The position numbers and the translations under genes are program-made. Positions 25,984 through 36,407 of a DNA stretch of 64,000 bases are shown one piece after another. The stretch's first letter is position 1. Every line of letters starts with the position of its first letter. The DNA is from Candidatus Omnitrophota bacterium (GTDB taxonomy: Bacteria > Omnitrophota > Gorgyraeia > 2-01-FULL-45-10). The notes under the pieces were generated by a model. The model made no database searches. It was not told where the DNA came from and saw only the letters and a program-made list of their open reading frames with translations. The DNA lies in the NCBI GenBank assembly GCA_020057115.1, contig JAGVGJ010000032.1:23722-87721 (forward strand), in the 5' to 3' direction.

Positions 25984-28134
25984 TTATTTTTTGTACATCT
26001 CAAGCCCGATGCGTTTTAAAGCCTTGTCTATCGATATGACTTTAACCTTTATTTTATCACCAACGGATATTACTTCATAAGGATTTTTTATAAAGCGCTG
26101 GCTCATCTTGGATACATGCATAAGTCCGTCCTGGTGGACCCCGATATCGACGAAGGCTCCGAAGTCAGTGACATTTGTCACGACGCCATCCATGACCATC
26201 CCCATAGAGAGGTCGTCTATCTCGTTTATGGCGGCGCTGAATTCCACGGACGTGAACTCCTCGCGCGGGTCGAGGCCCGGTTTCTTAAGCTCTCTGATCA
26301 TATCCTCTAGCGTCGGTATCCCCACCTCACCGGTGACATAGCTATTGATATCGATGCCCGATATCGCCTTTTCATTGCCGATAAGCTCTTTTATGCCTAT
26401 ATGCGCGTCCCGGGCCATCTCTTCTACTATGTGAAAGCTCTCCGGATGTATGGCGGAATTATCCAGCGGATCTTCGCTGTCCCTTATCTTTAAAAATCCT
26501 GCCGCCTGCTCGAATACTTTGTCGCCTACGCCGGGGACTTTAAGAAGGTCCTTCTTCGCCTTGAACGGCCCTTTTTCCCTGCGGTAATTTATTACATTCT
26601 TTGCTATGAAAGGCCCTATGCCGGAAACATAGGTCAATAATTCCTTGGAGGCGGTATTTAGCTCAACGCCCACGAAGTTCACGCATGACTCGACGGTCAT
26701 GTCTAGCGACTTCTTGAGCTCCGTCTGGTTGACATCATGCTGGTATTGGCCGACGCCGATCGATTTAGGGTCTATCTTGACTAGTTCCGCGAGAGGATCC
26801 TGGATGCGCCTGGCTATCGATATCGCGCCTTTTACCGTTATGTCAAGATCCGGAAATTCTTCACGGGCAGAGTCTGACGCGGAATAGACGCTCGCCCCGG
26901 CCTCGCTGGTCATAACTACTTTGGCGCTGAGGCCGTGTTTTTTAACGATCCCGTCCATAAAACTGAACGCCTCTTTCGACGCGGTGCCATTACCTACGGA
27001 TACCAGTTCCACCCCGTGTTTTTTTATCATATCTACGACAGCCTTCTCGGCCTCCTCCTTCAGGCGGTCCGACATCTGGAGATATACGGGCTTAAACTCT
27101 TTAAAGTTACCGCTCCGGTCAACCACGGCGACTTTGCATCCTGTCTTTATGCCAGGATCGATTCCCATAATCGTCTTGTGTCCGGCGGGAGCGGCAAGGA
27201 GAAGGTTCCGAAGATTTTTCGCGAATACATTTATAGCCTCCAGCTCCGAGATGTCTATCCTCTCTTTGAACATCTCGACCTCAAGTGAAGTTGATAGCGA
27301 CCTTCTGAATGTTGTCGCAATGGCCTTTAAAAGGTCTTTATGGAATAAGGACTTCGGGTTCTTCGCGGTCTTAAGGATCATAGAGCTTATGGCTTCTTCC
27401 TCCGGGACTTCCACAGACCATGACAGGACTTTCTCTTTCGAGCCGCGCCTTATCGCCAGCACCCTGTGGGACGGGGATCTCGACAGGAGTTCCGAAAAAT
27501 TATAGTATGCCTCGAATTTTGTCTTCGTGCCGTCGAGTTCATGCCTTACTTTCGACACGAGAACGCCGGTCTTCTTGTAAAGGTCCCTGAGCGCGGCTCG
27601 GACATCCGCATTCTCGGAGATATTCTCGATAACGATCTCAAGCGCTTCTTCGAGCGCAGCTTCCAGAGTTGCGACGCCTTTTGACGGATCGACATATCCC
27701 GATATCAGCTTATCCCTGTCGCCTTCGGAAGGCTGTTCTTTTAAGATGAGGTCCGCGAGGGGTTCCAAGCCTTTCTCTTTGGCTATCGTGGCCTTGGTGC
27801 GCTGTTTCGGTTTATATGGCAGGTAAAGGTCTTCGAGGGCGAATTTCTGGCGGCACTTCAGTATCTTGGCCTTTAGATCATCGGTCAACTTTCCTTGCTC
27901 GGATATGGACTTAACTATCGTATCTTTGCGTGCTTCAAGCTCGGCGTAATAAGTGAACTTTTCGCTTATCGAGCGTATCTTCGTCTCATCGAGTGAGCCG
28001 GTCTGCTCTTTCCTGTACCTTGCGATAAACGGTATCGTGGAGCCTTTGCCGAGGAGCGAGAGCGTATTCTTTAACGCGCCCTCGTCGATACCGAGCTCTT
28101 CCAGAAGATATTCAAATATTATGGCTGTGTTCAT
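25984..28134 (-). CDS. tex: Tex/YhgF transcription accessory protein
   Basis: TIPFIARYRKE, LEDLYLPYK, EAGASVYSAS, IGVGQYQHD, C-terminal S1 domain. Confidence 0.96.
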   Translation of the reverse strand: MNTAIIFEYLLEELGIDEGALKNTLSLLGKGSTIPFIARYRKEQTGSLDETKIRSISEKFTYYAELEARKDTIVKSISEQGKLTDDLKAKILKCRQKFALEDLYLPYKPKQRTKATIAKEKGLEPLADLILKEQPSEGDRDKLISGYVDPSKGVATLEAALEEALEIVIENISENADVRAALRDLYKKTGVLVSKVRHELDGTKTKFEAYYNFSELLSRSPSHRVLAIRRGSKEKVLSWSVEVPEEEAISSMILKTAKNPKSLFHKDLLKAIATTFRRSLSTSLEVEMFKERIDISELEAINVFAKNLRNLLLAAPAGHKTIMGIDPGIKTGCKVAVVDRSGNFKEFKPVYLQMSDRLKEEAEKAVVDMIKKHGVELVSVGNGTASKEAFSFMDGIVKKHGLSAKVVMTSEAGASVYSASDSAREEFPDLDITVKGAISIARRIQDPLAELVKIDPKSIGVGQYQHDVNQTELKKSLDMTVESCVNFVGVELNTASKELLTYVSGIGPFIAKNVINYRREKGPFKAKKDLLKVPGVGDKVFEQAAGFLKIRDSEDPLDNSAIHPESFHIVEEMARDAHIGIKELIGNEKAISGIDINSYVTGEVGIPTLEDMIRELKKPGLDPREEFTSVEFSAAINEIDDLSMGMVMDGVVTNVTDFGAFVDIGVHQDGLMHVSKMSQRFIKNPYEVISVGDKIKVKVISIDKALKRIGLEMYKK

Positions 28135-28204
28135 ATTTTAAGCGGATATTTTACCGAAAAATAGCACCCCTCTCCCATAAGCCGAGAAGGAGGGCGCTGG
28201 AAGC

Positions 28205-28885
28205 TTACTGTTTATCGCCCTTCAGTTTTTCAGGATGATGTCTGACTATCTCTGCCTGGACCAGGTATATCACGTCTTCGGCGATATTTGTCGTATGGTC
28301 GCATATTCGTTCCAGGAAACGCGCGATGAGGAGAAGCTGCACCGCCCGGGGAGCGGTGGAGCCGTCTTTTACCATAAAATCTTCTACGAGTTCCTTGTGT
28401 ATCATGTTGCGCAACTCATTGGCTTCGGGATCCGAGAGAAGGACCTTCTTCGCCAGTTCAATGTCACCTTTAACGAACGAGTCTATGGCCATCTTGACCA
28501 TGCTCTGGGCCACGGCGGCAAGCTTCGGTATGTCGACGAGCGGTTTTAAGATCGGCTTGTCGACTATCTCGAGCGTCCGCTGGGCGATGTCTACGGCTAT
28601 ATCCGCGATCCTCTCAAGCTCGGAGTTGATCTTCATGCCTGTCGTGATGAAACGGAGGTCCTTCGCCATCGGCTGGTACCGCGCTATCAGGTCTATGCAC
28701 TTCTCGTCTATAGCGACCTCGAGCTCATCGACATTATTATCATTCGCGATTATCTTTTTCGCCAGTTCCTTATCTCTGTTCTTCAGCGCCTCTATGGAAA
28801 GATAGATCGCCTCTTCCGCGTAAGCGCCCATCTTCAGTATGTCCTGGTTCAGGCCCTTCAATTCATCGTCGAAATGTCGCTGCAT
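28205..28885 (-). CDS. phoU: phosphate signalling protein PhoU
   Basis: QPMAKDLR, ELERIAD, LERICDH. Confidence 0.96.
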   Translation of the reverse strand: MQRHFDDELKGLNQDILKMGAYAEEAIYLSIEALKNRDKELAKKIIANDNNVDELEVAIDEKCIDLIARYQPMAKDLRFITTGMKINSELERIADIAVDIAQRTLEIVDKPILKPLVDIPKLAAVAQSMVKMAIDSFVKGDIELAKKVLLSDPEANELRNMIHKELVEDFMVKDGSTAPRAVQLLLIARFLERICDHTTNIAEDVIYLVQAEIVRHHPEKLKGDKQ

Positions 28886-28895
28886 GGCTCCCCCT

Positions 28896-29651
28896 TTATC
28901 CGTATCTTCCGGTTATATAATCTTCAGTGCGCCTGTCCTTAGGCGCGGTAAATATATCCTCGGTCCTGCCGAACTCGATCAGCTCTCCGAGCAGCATAAA
29001 TCCCGTATCATCCGAGACGCGCGCTGCCTGCTGCATGTTGTGCGTTACTATTATTATAGTATAGTTATTCTTCAATTCACGCATTAATTCTTCGATCCGC
29101 GCGGTGGCCTGGGGATCGAGCGTAGAACACGGCTCGTCCATGAGAAGGACCTCGGGCTTGACCGCGATAAGCCGCGCAATACAGAGCCGCTGCTTCTGCT
29201 CTAGTGTTAGCCTCAATGCCGGCTCATTCAGCCTGTCCTTTAGCTCATCCCATAAAAGGACGCTCTTAAGGCTACGCTCGACTATTTCGTCAAGGGTATC
29301 GCGCTTAATGCTATCGGCGTGGATCCTTTCGCCAAAGACGATGTTCTCGTAGACGGAGAGCGGGAACGGGTTCGGCCTCTGGAAAACCATGCCGACCTTC
29401 TTGCGCAGTTTTACGAGGTCGGCTCCCGGACCAAAGATATCCTCGCCGTCAACGAGCACTTTGCCGGCAGTCCGCACACCTTCGATGAGGTCATTCATCC
29501 TGTTGAAGACGCGAAGGAGCGTCGATTTCCCGCAGCCGGAAGGCCCGATGATAGCTGTTATCCGGTTCGCCCCGAAACTTGAGTCAACGTCTTTCAGGGC
29601 GTGGAAAGGGCCGTACCACAGATTGAGCTTATCCGTCTTGATTTTTGCCAT
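28896..29651 (-). CDS. pstB: phosphate ABC ATPase with degenerate signature motif
   Basis: [28 protein letters not shown]; signature reads LTLEQ. Confidence 0.93.
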   Translation of the reverse strand: MAKIKTDKLNLWYGPFHALKDVDSSFGANRITAIIGPSGCGKSTLLRVFNRMNDLIEGVRTAGKVLVDGEDIFGPGADLVKLRKKVGMVFQRPNPFPLSVYENIVFGERIHADSIKRDTLDEIVERSLKSVLLWDELKDRLNEPALRLTLEQKQRLCIARLIAVKPEVLLMDEPCSTLDPQATARIEELMRELKNNYTIIIVTHNMQQAARVSDDTGFMLLGELIEFGRTEDIFTAPKDRRTEDYITGRYG

Positions 29652-30397
29652 TATCCGAACTTCCCTCTGATATAACCGTCCGTGCGCTTGTCGTGCGGGG
29701 CGGTAAAGATCTTGTCTGTTTTATCGAGCTCTATGAGTTCGCCGCCAAGGAAGAACGCCGTCCTGTCCCCGACCCTCGCTGCCTGTTTCACATTATTGGT
29801 AACGAGCACTATTGTGTATTTCTCTTTAAGCTGGACCATGGCGTCTTCGACCTTCGCTGTCGAGATCGGATCGAGCCCTGAGCAAGGCTCGTCGAAAAGT
29901 ATCACTTCCGGCTCCACTGCGAGCGTGCGCGCGATACAAAGGCGCTGCTGCTGCCCGCCCGAGAGCTTGAATGCCGACTCGTCGAGCCTGTCCTTTACCT
30001 CTTCCCAGAGGTACCCCTGCTTAAGCGACTCTTCAACCTTTGAGGCGATCTTCTTCTTATCCTTCTCGCCGTGCATCCTGACTCCATACGCGACATTTTC
30101 GAATATGGAGAGCGGAAGCGGCAGGGGCAGAGCGAATACCATGCCGACCCTCCTGCGCAGCGCTTCTACGTCGATAGACCTGACATCCTGCCTCTCAAGC
30201 TCCACCATGCCGTCCATCCTGAAGTAGGGATTAAGATCGTTCAGCCGGTTGAGCGTCCTTAAGAATGTCGTCTTCCCGCTGTTCGAAGGCCCGATGATGC
30301 TTAGGATCTCATGCTTGAAGATCTCCATCTCCATGTCCCTTAGTACGCGGTTCGCGCCGAACCAGGCGCTGAACTTATGCACCTCTATCTTTACCAT
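29651..30397 (-). CDS. pstB: phosphate ABC ATPase, second copy with degenerate Q-loop and H-loop
   Basis: [20 protein letters not shown]; MVFALP and VTNN replace FQ and TH. Confidence 0.92.
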   Translation of the reverse strand: MVKIEVHKFSAWFGANRVLRDMEMEIFKHEILSIIGPSNSGKTTFLRTLNRLNDLNPYFRMDGMVELERQDVRSIDVEALRRRVGMVFALPLPLPLSIFENVAYGVRMHGEKDKKKIASKVEESLKQGYLWEEVKDRLDESAFKLSGGQQQRLCIARTLAVEPEVILFDEPCSGLDPISTAKVEDAMVQLKEKYTIVLVTNNVKQAARVGDRTAFFLGGELIELDKTDKIFTAPHDKRTDGYIRGKFG

Positions 30398-31239
30398 TTC
30401 TTTTTCTTTCTGAACTTATAGCGTATGATTATCGCAACCAGATTCATGAAAAGAACAAGTGTAAGCAGTACAAGGGCTGTACCGTAGCGGATCTTCTCAT
30501 CGACATTAGGCACCTGCGTCGAGATGACATAGAGATGGTACGGAAGCGCCATCGCCTGGTCGAATACAGACTTCGGAAGCTGCGGCAGGTAAAATGCCGC
30601 GACCGTGAACAGTATCGGCGCGGTCTCGCCTGCGGCTCTGCCAAGGCCGAGAATAGTGCCGGTCAATATGCCCGGTATAGCGTTAGGCAGGACTATGTGA
30701 CGGATCGTCTGCCATTTACTAGCGCCAAGCGACAGGCTCACCTCGCGGAATGACTGCGGCACGCTTTCAAGGGCTTCCCGCGACGACGTGATTATTATCG
30801 GCAGTATCATGATCCCGAGCGTCAGCGAGCCGGCAAGTATCGACGCGCCGAACTTGAAGAAGATCACAAATAGCGCGAGCCCAAAAAGGCCGTAAACCAC
30901 GGACGGGACTCCCGCGAGATTGACGATCGCAAGCTTGATGAGACGGTTCAATATGTTATCTTTGGAGTATTCGCTCAAATATATGGCGGCTAGAAGCCCT
31001 ATGGGCAGCGCGAACACTATTGCACCGGTAACAAGATACAAGGTACCGACAATAGCGGGAAATATGCCTCCCGCGCGCATCCCCTGTCTCGGGATGTCGG
31101 TAAGGAATTGCCAGTTTATGGCCGGAAGGCCCTTCTGGATAATAATTACGACGATCATTCCTACCGGCACCACTATCAAAAGGGTCGCCAGAAAAAGAAA
31201 AAAGAAAGCGATATTCTGTGTTCTGTGCGGATTGCGCAT
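30391..31239 (-). CDS. pstA: phosphate ABC permease PstA
   Basis: GGIFPAIVGT, LAGVPSVVYGLFG, GRAAGETAP. Confidence 0.96.
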   Translation of the reverse strand: MRNPHRTQNIAFFFLFLATLLIVVPVGMIVVIIIQKGLPAINWQFLTDIPRQGMRAGGIFPAIVGTLYLVTGAIVFALPIGLLAAIYLSEYSKDNILNRLIKLAIVNLAGVPSVVYGLFGLALFVIFFKFGASILAGSLTLGIMILPIIITSSREALESVPQSFREVSLSLGASKWQTIRHIVLPNAIPGILTGTILGLGRAAGETAPILFTVAAFYLPQLPKSVFDQAMALPYHLYVISTQVPNVDEKIRYGTALVLLTLVLFMNLVAIIIRYKFRKKKKW

Positions 31240-32102
31240 TACTGCCTCTTATGCAGAAATAAGTCCGCGGTCACATTGATCGCGAAACTTATGATAAATA
31301 ACACTATCCCGATGGCAAAGAGCGCAAAATAATGCTCACTCCCCACCACTGCCTCGCCCATCTCCGCCGCGATCGTCGCGGTGAGCGTCCTTACCGGCAC
31401 GAGGATGCTATGCGGAATAACTGCGGCATTGCCTGTTATCATCATCACCGCCATAGTCTCGCCGATCACGCGGCCAATGCCGAGCATCACTGCGGCAAGG
31501 ATACCGCTTGAAGCGGCCGGAAGCATCACGCGCCATATCGTTTGCCAGTGCGTAGCGCCGAGCGCCAGAGCACCTTCCTTATATGTCTTGGGAACGGAAT
31601 AGAGCGCGTCCTCGGCGATCGTAACTATGGTCGGCATGGCCATAAATGCGAGCATGATCGAGCCGGAGAGCGCCGTCAGTCCAGTCGGCAGGTGGAAGAC
31701 GGTCTTTACGAATGGCACTAGCGTCACCATCCCTATAAAACCGAGGACGACACTCGGTATCGCCGCAAGAAGCTCTACGCCTGCCTTGAGAACTTCTTTC
31801 GTTTTTACAGGAGCTATCTCTGCGATGTAGATGGCACATCCGACGCCGATCGGGATCGAAATGATCGCCGCTCCCGCGGTCACCAGAAGCGATCCGAGTA
31901 TAAGAGGGAATATGCCGAGCTGAGGCGGTTCGGATATCGGATACCAGCTTTTGCCGAAAAGGAACTTAAGAGGGCTCTCGATATTGAATAGCGCGAGCCC
32001 TTCCTTGAGCAGGAATAAAAATATCAGCACTACAAAAAATATCGACGCCATGCCGCATATGAAGATAAGGTTCTCGATCATGAATTCTTTTATCTTGCGC
32101 AT
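31239..32102 (-). CDS. pstC: phosphate ABC permease PstC
   Basis: ELLAAIPSVV, GRVIGETMAV. Confidence 0.96.
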   Translation of the reverse strand: MRKIKEFMIENLIFICGMASIFFVVLIFLFLLKEGLALFNIESPLKFLFGKSWYPISEPPQLGIFPLILGSLLVTAGAAIISIPIGVGCAIYIAEIAPVKTKEVLKAGVELLAAIPSVVLGFIGMVTLVPFVKTVFHLPTGLTALSGSIMLAFMAMPTIVTIAEDALYSVPKTYKEGALALGATHWQTIWRVMLPAASSGILAAVMLGIGRVIGETMAVMMITGNAAVIPHSILVPVRTLTATIAAEMGEAVVGSEHYFALFAIGIVLFIISFAINVTADLFLHKRQ

Positions 32103-32108
32103 ATCGCC

Positions 32109-32963
32109 CTATTTTTTGATCGGCACGAAATCCGTAGCCAGTACCAGGTCCTGACCTTCTTTTGAAAGCGTGAAATCTACGAATTTTTTCGTAAGCCCTG
32201 CCGGCGTTCCATTGGTATAAAGGAAGAGCGGCCGCGATATCGGGTAACTGCCGTTCAGGACATTCTCTATAGAAGGCGCCACAAAACCCGACGCGCCATC
32301 TTTCGCGACAACGACCGGTTTTTGTTTAGGCGAAATATAACCCATGCCGTAATAGCCGATAGCGGCTCGATTGCCGGCAACCTCGTCGGCGATAGCCTGT
32401 GACGACGATAGCATGAGAGCGCCCGGCGCGAACTCTTCCCTGCTTGAGGGGTCCATCTTCCTTAAGACGTGCTCCTTAAAATAAACGTGCGTTCCGGAAT
32501 TGACCTCCCGCGACAGGATGACGATCTTTTCATCTTTGCCGCCAAGCTCTTTCCAGTTCGCTATCCTGCCGGTAAATATCCCGGCGAGCTCGTCCATGGT
32601 AAGCTTGTCGACGGGGTTTTCGGGATTCACGACTACCGCGAGTCCATCGAGAGCAACCTTTATTTCATTAGGGTTTATGCCCTTCTTCTGGGCCAACACG
32701 ATCTCTTTCGCCTTTACGTTCCTAGAACTCATAGCTACATCGCAAGTACCGCTTATGAGACTAGAAAACCCGGTACCGGATCCACCCCCCGTAACCGCTA
32801 CAAAATCGCCTGTGTTCTTCTCCATATATTTCTCAGCCCATGCTTGTCCCAAGTTCACCATCGTATCCGAACCTTTGATCTGTATTGAGTTTTTATCTCT
32901 TGCGGCAAACGCGGAAGTCGCAAATGTTACTGCTACCAGAAGTAATAACCATTTTTTGATCAT
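32109..32963 (-). CDS. pstS: phosphate-binding protein PstS
   Basis: Signal peptide, KGSDT, GGGSGTG, SRE.NSGT, YPISRPLF. Confidence 0.96.
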   Translation of the reverse strand: MIKKWLLLLVAVTFATSAFAARDKNSIQIKGSDTMVNLGQAWAEKYMEKNTGDFVAVTGGGSGTGFSSLISGTCDVAMSSRNVKAKEIVLAQKKGINPNEIKVALDGLAVVVNPENPVDKLTMDELAGIFTGRIANWKELGGKDEKIVILSREVNSGTHVYFKEHVLRKMDPSSREEFAPGALMLSSSQAIADEVAGNRAAIGYYGMGYISPKQKPVVVAKDGASGFVAPSIENVLNGSYPISRPLFLYTNGTPAGLTKKFVDFTLSKEGQDLVLATDFVPIKK

Positions 32964-33002
32964 ATCTGACCCCTCTTTCTATTTAAATTATATCTTACCC
33001 AT

Positions 33003-33040
33003 ATTATATCCATATTAACTTGATGTTAAATCTGCGTAAA
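33003..33040 (-). promoter_or_regulatory. Pho box and -10 element upstream of pstS
   Basis: TTTACG/TTAACA/TTAATA hexamers at exact 11-bp period (33035, 33024, 33013), then TATAAT. Confidence 0.7.
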
Positions 33041-33042
33041 AT

Positions 33043-33708
33043 CTAGAACGATATCTTATTCTTTAGCCACAACACATTAGCCTCGTACCATTTATCTCCG
33101 GTACCCCTGGTCGATTGCAACATATATGAGATATCGAACTTCACGTATTTGGTCAATTCGACCTCTACGCCTGACTGGAACCTGTTCTGGTTAAAACCCC
33201 TGCCATTGGAGGATATGAATATCTCATCCGAGGTATAGGGAGCTATCTTCATCCCCTTGAACTCAAAAGGGTATTTTAGTACGAACCTGTTGCGATATCT
33301 AACCTGGTCGAGGGCGTACCTGAAATGCCTGTATTCTATGCGGTTACGGTCCTCAAACCTAAACTTCCATATATCCTGCTTCCAGGTGAGGTTCGTATAG
33401 ATATCGTCCTCTTCCCTCCATTTGCGCTTGTACCTTTCGAATATAAGGCGGTAACCCAGGGCAAGTTCGAATCTCTTGTCGAACGCCCAGGCAAATCCCC
33501 AGTCGTAATGCTGATAGAAAAACTCCGTAGCGGTCTCGGCGAACCGGAATTCCTCCTCCATCGTGAACTTCGTAGCCTTGCCTATCTTCACGTCCTGGGC
33601 ATTCGTGTTCCAGATCTGGAAGTCGCCATTATCATAAGCATAGGCTTCAAAACTAACTGCCGCAAAACACAAAATCAAAACCGCTAACTTAATAACATTC
33701 TTAAACAT
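33043..33708 (-). CDS. outer-membrane beta-barrel (DUF2490-like), candidate phosphate porin
   Basis: Signal peptide, DRNRIEYR/RYRNR, FNQNRF, terminal F; lies inside the pho locus. Confidence 0.72.
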   Translation of the reverse strand: MFKNVIKLAVLILCFAAVSFEAYAYDNGDFQIWNTNAQDVKIGKATKFTMEEEFRFAETATEFFYQHYDWGFAWAFDKRFELALGYRLIFERYKRKWREEDDIYTNLTWKQDIWKFRFEDRNRIEYRHFRYALDQVRYRNRFVLKYPFEFKGMKIAPYTSDEIFISSNGRGFNQNRFQSGVEVELTKYVKFDISYMLQSTRGTGDKWYEANVLWLKNKISF

Positions 33709-33733
33709 GCTACACTCCTCTCTTTTTAAAAAG

Positions 33734-33787
33734 AGTATAGATCATTGATATTAAATCCGCTTCAAGTAGATGTAAAATATAGGTAAA
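33734..33787 (-). promoter_or_regulatory. Pho box and -10 element upstream of the beta-barrel gene
   Basis: TTTACC/TTTACA/TTGAAG/TTAATA at 11-bp period (33782, 33771, 33760, 33749), then TATACT. Confidence 0.65.
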
Positions 33788-33801
33788 GCTTTGGAGAGGC
33801 A

Positions 33802-35580
33802 CTAGGGCCTTGGAAGGACTATCCAGAATTTTGATCCGAAACCTTCGGAGCTTTCCACGCCGACGCTGCCGTTATGAAGCTCGACGATATGTTTAACGAT
33901 GGAAAGCCCGAGGCCCGTTCCTCCGAGTTCGCGCGAGCGCGCTTTGTCCACGCGATAGAACCGCTCAAATATACGGCTAATATCTTTTTCGGGAATGCCA
34001 ATACCCGAATCTTCCACGACAATTTTTATTTTACCGTCCACATCCTGGCTGTAAATCCTGACGAGCCCTTTTTCTTTGTTAAATTTTACAGCATTATCGA
34101 TAAGATTTGTAAAGACCTGTTCGATCCTGTTCTTATCCGCTTTGATTAAAAGGCTTGCCGGTAATTCATCTTTAATTTCTACGCCCTTCTTCCTTAACTG
34201 AGACTTAAATCCTAAAATAACTCCTTCGGCAAGTTGGCGCAGGCTTATATCCTTTTTCTCCAGAGTTATTTCTTTTGACTCCAGATGTGACAGAGAAAGC
34301 AAGTCGTTAACTAGATTGTTCAGCCGTTCCGCGTGTTCCTGTATTATCGCCAGGAAGTCGCGACTATTCTCTTTATCGTCCAGGGCGCCCTCAAGAAGCG
34401 TCTCGATAAACCCCTTTATGGAAGTGAGCGGTGTCTTTAATTCGTGCGATACGTTGGCGATAAAATCGCTGCGTATAGTCTCAAGTTTTCTTATCTCGGT
34501 TATATCATGAATAACTACTAAACATCCCGTCACTTCATTATCATCAAAAATAGGTGTTGCGTTAACCTCAAATATCTTGTTTACCGGATACATAAGAGCT
34601 AACTCTGCTGATGCGCCCTGTCCTTTCCTTAAAACAGCGTTGATGACTTCTGGAATATCATTGTTACGTATAACTTCCAAAAAGACTTTCCCTTCTACGT
34701 CTTTTTTAGAAACCCCGAAAATCTTCTCGGTCGTAGGATTTATAGAAATTACACGCCCCTTTTTATCTACGACGATAACCCCCTCGATCATGCTGTTGAA
34801 AATCGCGGCAAGCTTCTGGTTTTGCGTTTTAACCTCTTTGATCTTGTCTTCTATGTCCTGAGCCATCTTGTTGAGGGTATCCGCAAGTTCCCCGATCTCA
34901 TCTTTAGGTATCTGGATTATCCTGCGGCTAAAATCGCCTTCGGAGAATTTACGAGAGATCTGTGTCATTCTATTGATCGGCCTGATAACATTTCCGGCTA
35001 CCACAGATCCAAGTAGAAACGCAAGCCCCAGAGCAAAGATGAGCCCGATAAAAACTATTTTTCTAATGGCAAGCAATGTTTTTTGCACGCTCTCCAGAGG
35101 CAGCGCTAATCTCAAAACGCCGGTAATTTCACTTTTATCTTTGAGAGGAATGGCTACATAGAGCATGTCTATCTTGAGGGTCGGCGAATAACGTGTATCG
35201 ATGCCTATATCACCAGTTAAAGCAATTCTTACCTCTTGCCGATTTATGTGATTCTCCATGCTCAGAATCTCTTGTTTGGGTTTTTCAGAATCGGAGAGAA
35301 CCGCACCTTTCTTATTAATAACGGTAATTCGACACTTTGTTTTCGGCCCCAGTAGCTTAACTAAAATATCTAGAGAGGCGAAGTCTTCTTTTTTTATACT
35401 TTCGGCGGTGATCTGGTTCTCGATCAGATTTGCCTGGGCAACAAGAGAGGCCTGGATATTATGAAGGGAATTTTCTTCGAGATTCTTGTCCAAAAAAAAT
35501 GCCATGAAACCGAAAGATACTGATATTACGAAGGCATAAGAAAGGATCAGCTTTGACTTAAAGCTTATTTTGATCGCCAT
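33802..35580 (-). CDS. phoR: sensor histidine kinase PhoR (HAMP-PAS-HisKA-HATPase)
   Basis: NVSHELKTPLT, NLIDNAVKF, FERFYRVDKARSRELGGTGLGL. Confidence 0.94.
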   Translation of the reverse strand: MAIKISFKSKLILSYAFVISVSFGFMAFFLDKNLEENSLHNIQASLVAQANLIENQITAESIKKEDFASLDILVKLLGPKTKCRITVINKKGAVLSDSEKPKQEILSMENHINRQEVRIALTGDIGIDTRYSPTLKIDMLYVAIPLKDKSEITGVLRLALPLESVQKTLLAIRKIVFIGLIFALGLAFLLGSVVAGNVIRPINRMTQISRKFSEGDFSRRIIQIPKDEIGELADTLNKMAQDIEDKIKEVKTQNQKLAAIFNSMIEGVIVVDKKGRVISINPTTEKIFGVSKKDVEGKVFLEVIRNNDIPEVINAVLRKGQGASAELALMYPVNKIFEVNATPIFDDNEVTGCLVVIHDITEIRKLETIRSDFIANVSHELKTPLTSIKGFIETLLEGALDDKENSRDFLAIIQEHAERLNNLVNDLLSLSHLESKEITLEKKDISLRQLAEGVILGFKSQLRKKGVEIKDELPASLLIKADKNRIEQVFTNLIDNAVKFNKEKGLVRIYSQDVDGKIKIVVEDSGIGIPEKDISRIFERFYRVDKARSRELGGTGLGLSIVKHIVELHNGSVGVESSEGFGSKFWIVLPRP

Positions 35581-35587
35581 TTAACAC

Positions 35588-36280
35588 CTACTCTTCATCT
35601 TCGAACCTATATCCGTAATTCTTCACGGTTACGATGCGCGATGATTCGTCCTTTAACTTCTTACGCAATGTCCTTATATGTACGTCCACGGTACGAGTCT
35701 GAATCTCCGCAGCATGATCAAATCCCCATATGGTATCTAACAGATGATCCCGAGACAAGACTCTGCCTCTTGATTTTATCAGCGCTTTAAGAAGCTCGAA
35801 TTCTTTTGCGGTAAGCTCTATTGGCTTGCTCTTAACAGTTACTGTGATTTTAGCCAAATCTACGGTTAGATCCCCTACTTTTAACACCTCCAGCAGCTTA
35901 TCTTTGTCTTTGCCGCGGCGCAAAACCGCCTTTATTCGCGCGATCAATTCTCTGGGACTAAAAGGCTTTGTCACATAGTCATCTGCCCCTAATTCAAGCC
36001 CAACGACTTTATCTGACTCCTGGCTTTTTGCCGTTAACATGATGATCGGGATCGATGCGGTTTTACTATCACCCTTGAGAGTCTTGCAGACTTCCAAACC
36101 GTCTATTCCGGGAAGCATTAAGTCCAAAATAATTATATCTGGGTGTTCGCCCCTTGCTGATTCTATGGCGGCTTCTCCATCGCGAACGGATAGGGTCTTA
36201 AACCCTTCCTTCTTGAGGTTATACTCAAGCATCTTTACTATATCTTTTTCGTCTTCTACTATTAAAATAACTTCTCTCAT
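35588..36280 (-). CDS. phoB: OmpR-family phosphate response regulator
   Basis: Receiver domain (DLMLPG, GADDYVTKPF) plus winged helix (RTVDVHI); start at ATG 36280 because the longer ORF overlaps a tRNA. Confidence 0.92.
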   Translation of the reverse strand: MREVILIVEDEKDIVKMLEYNLKKEGFKTLSVRDGEAAIESARGEHPDIIILDLMLPGIDGLEVCKTLKGDSKTASIPIIMLTAKSQESDKVVGLELGADDYVTKPFSPRELIARIKAVLRRGKDKDKLLEVLKVGDLTVDLAKITVTVKSKPIELTAKEFELLKALIKSRGRVLSRDHLLDTIWGFDHAAEIQTRTVDVHIRTLRKKLKDESSRIVTVKNYGYRFEDEE

Positions 36281-36310
36281 TTTCGATTCTCGATTTTCGA
36301 TTGCTCTAAT

Positions 36311-36385
36311 TGGCGCGCCTGGGCAGAATCGAACTGCCATTTCTAGCTCCGGAGGCTAGTGCGTTATCCGTTACGCGACAGGCGC
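36311..36385 (-). tRNA. tRNA-Arg(CCG)
   Basis: Anticodon arm CTAGC-CTCCGGA-GCTAG, GTTCGA T loop, encoded CCA. Confidence 0.95.
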
Positions 36386-36407
36386 TGTTGAAAAAAATCC
36401 CCTATAT

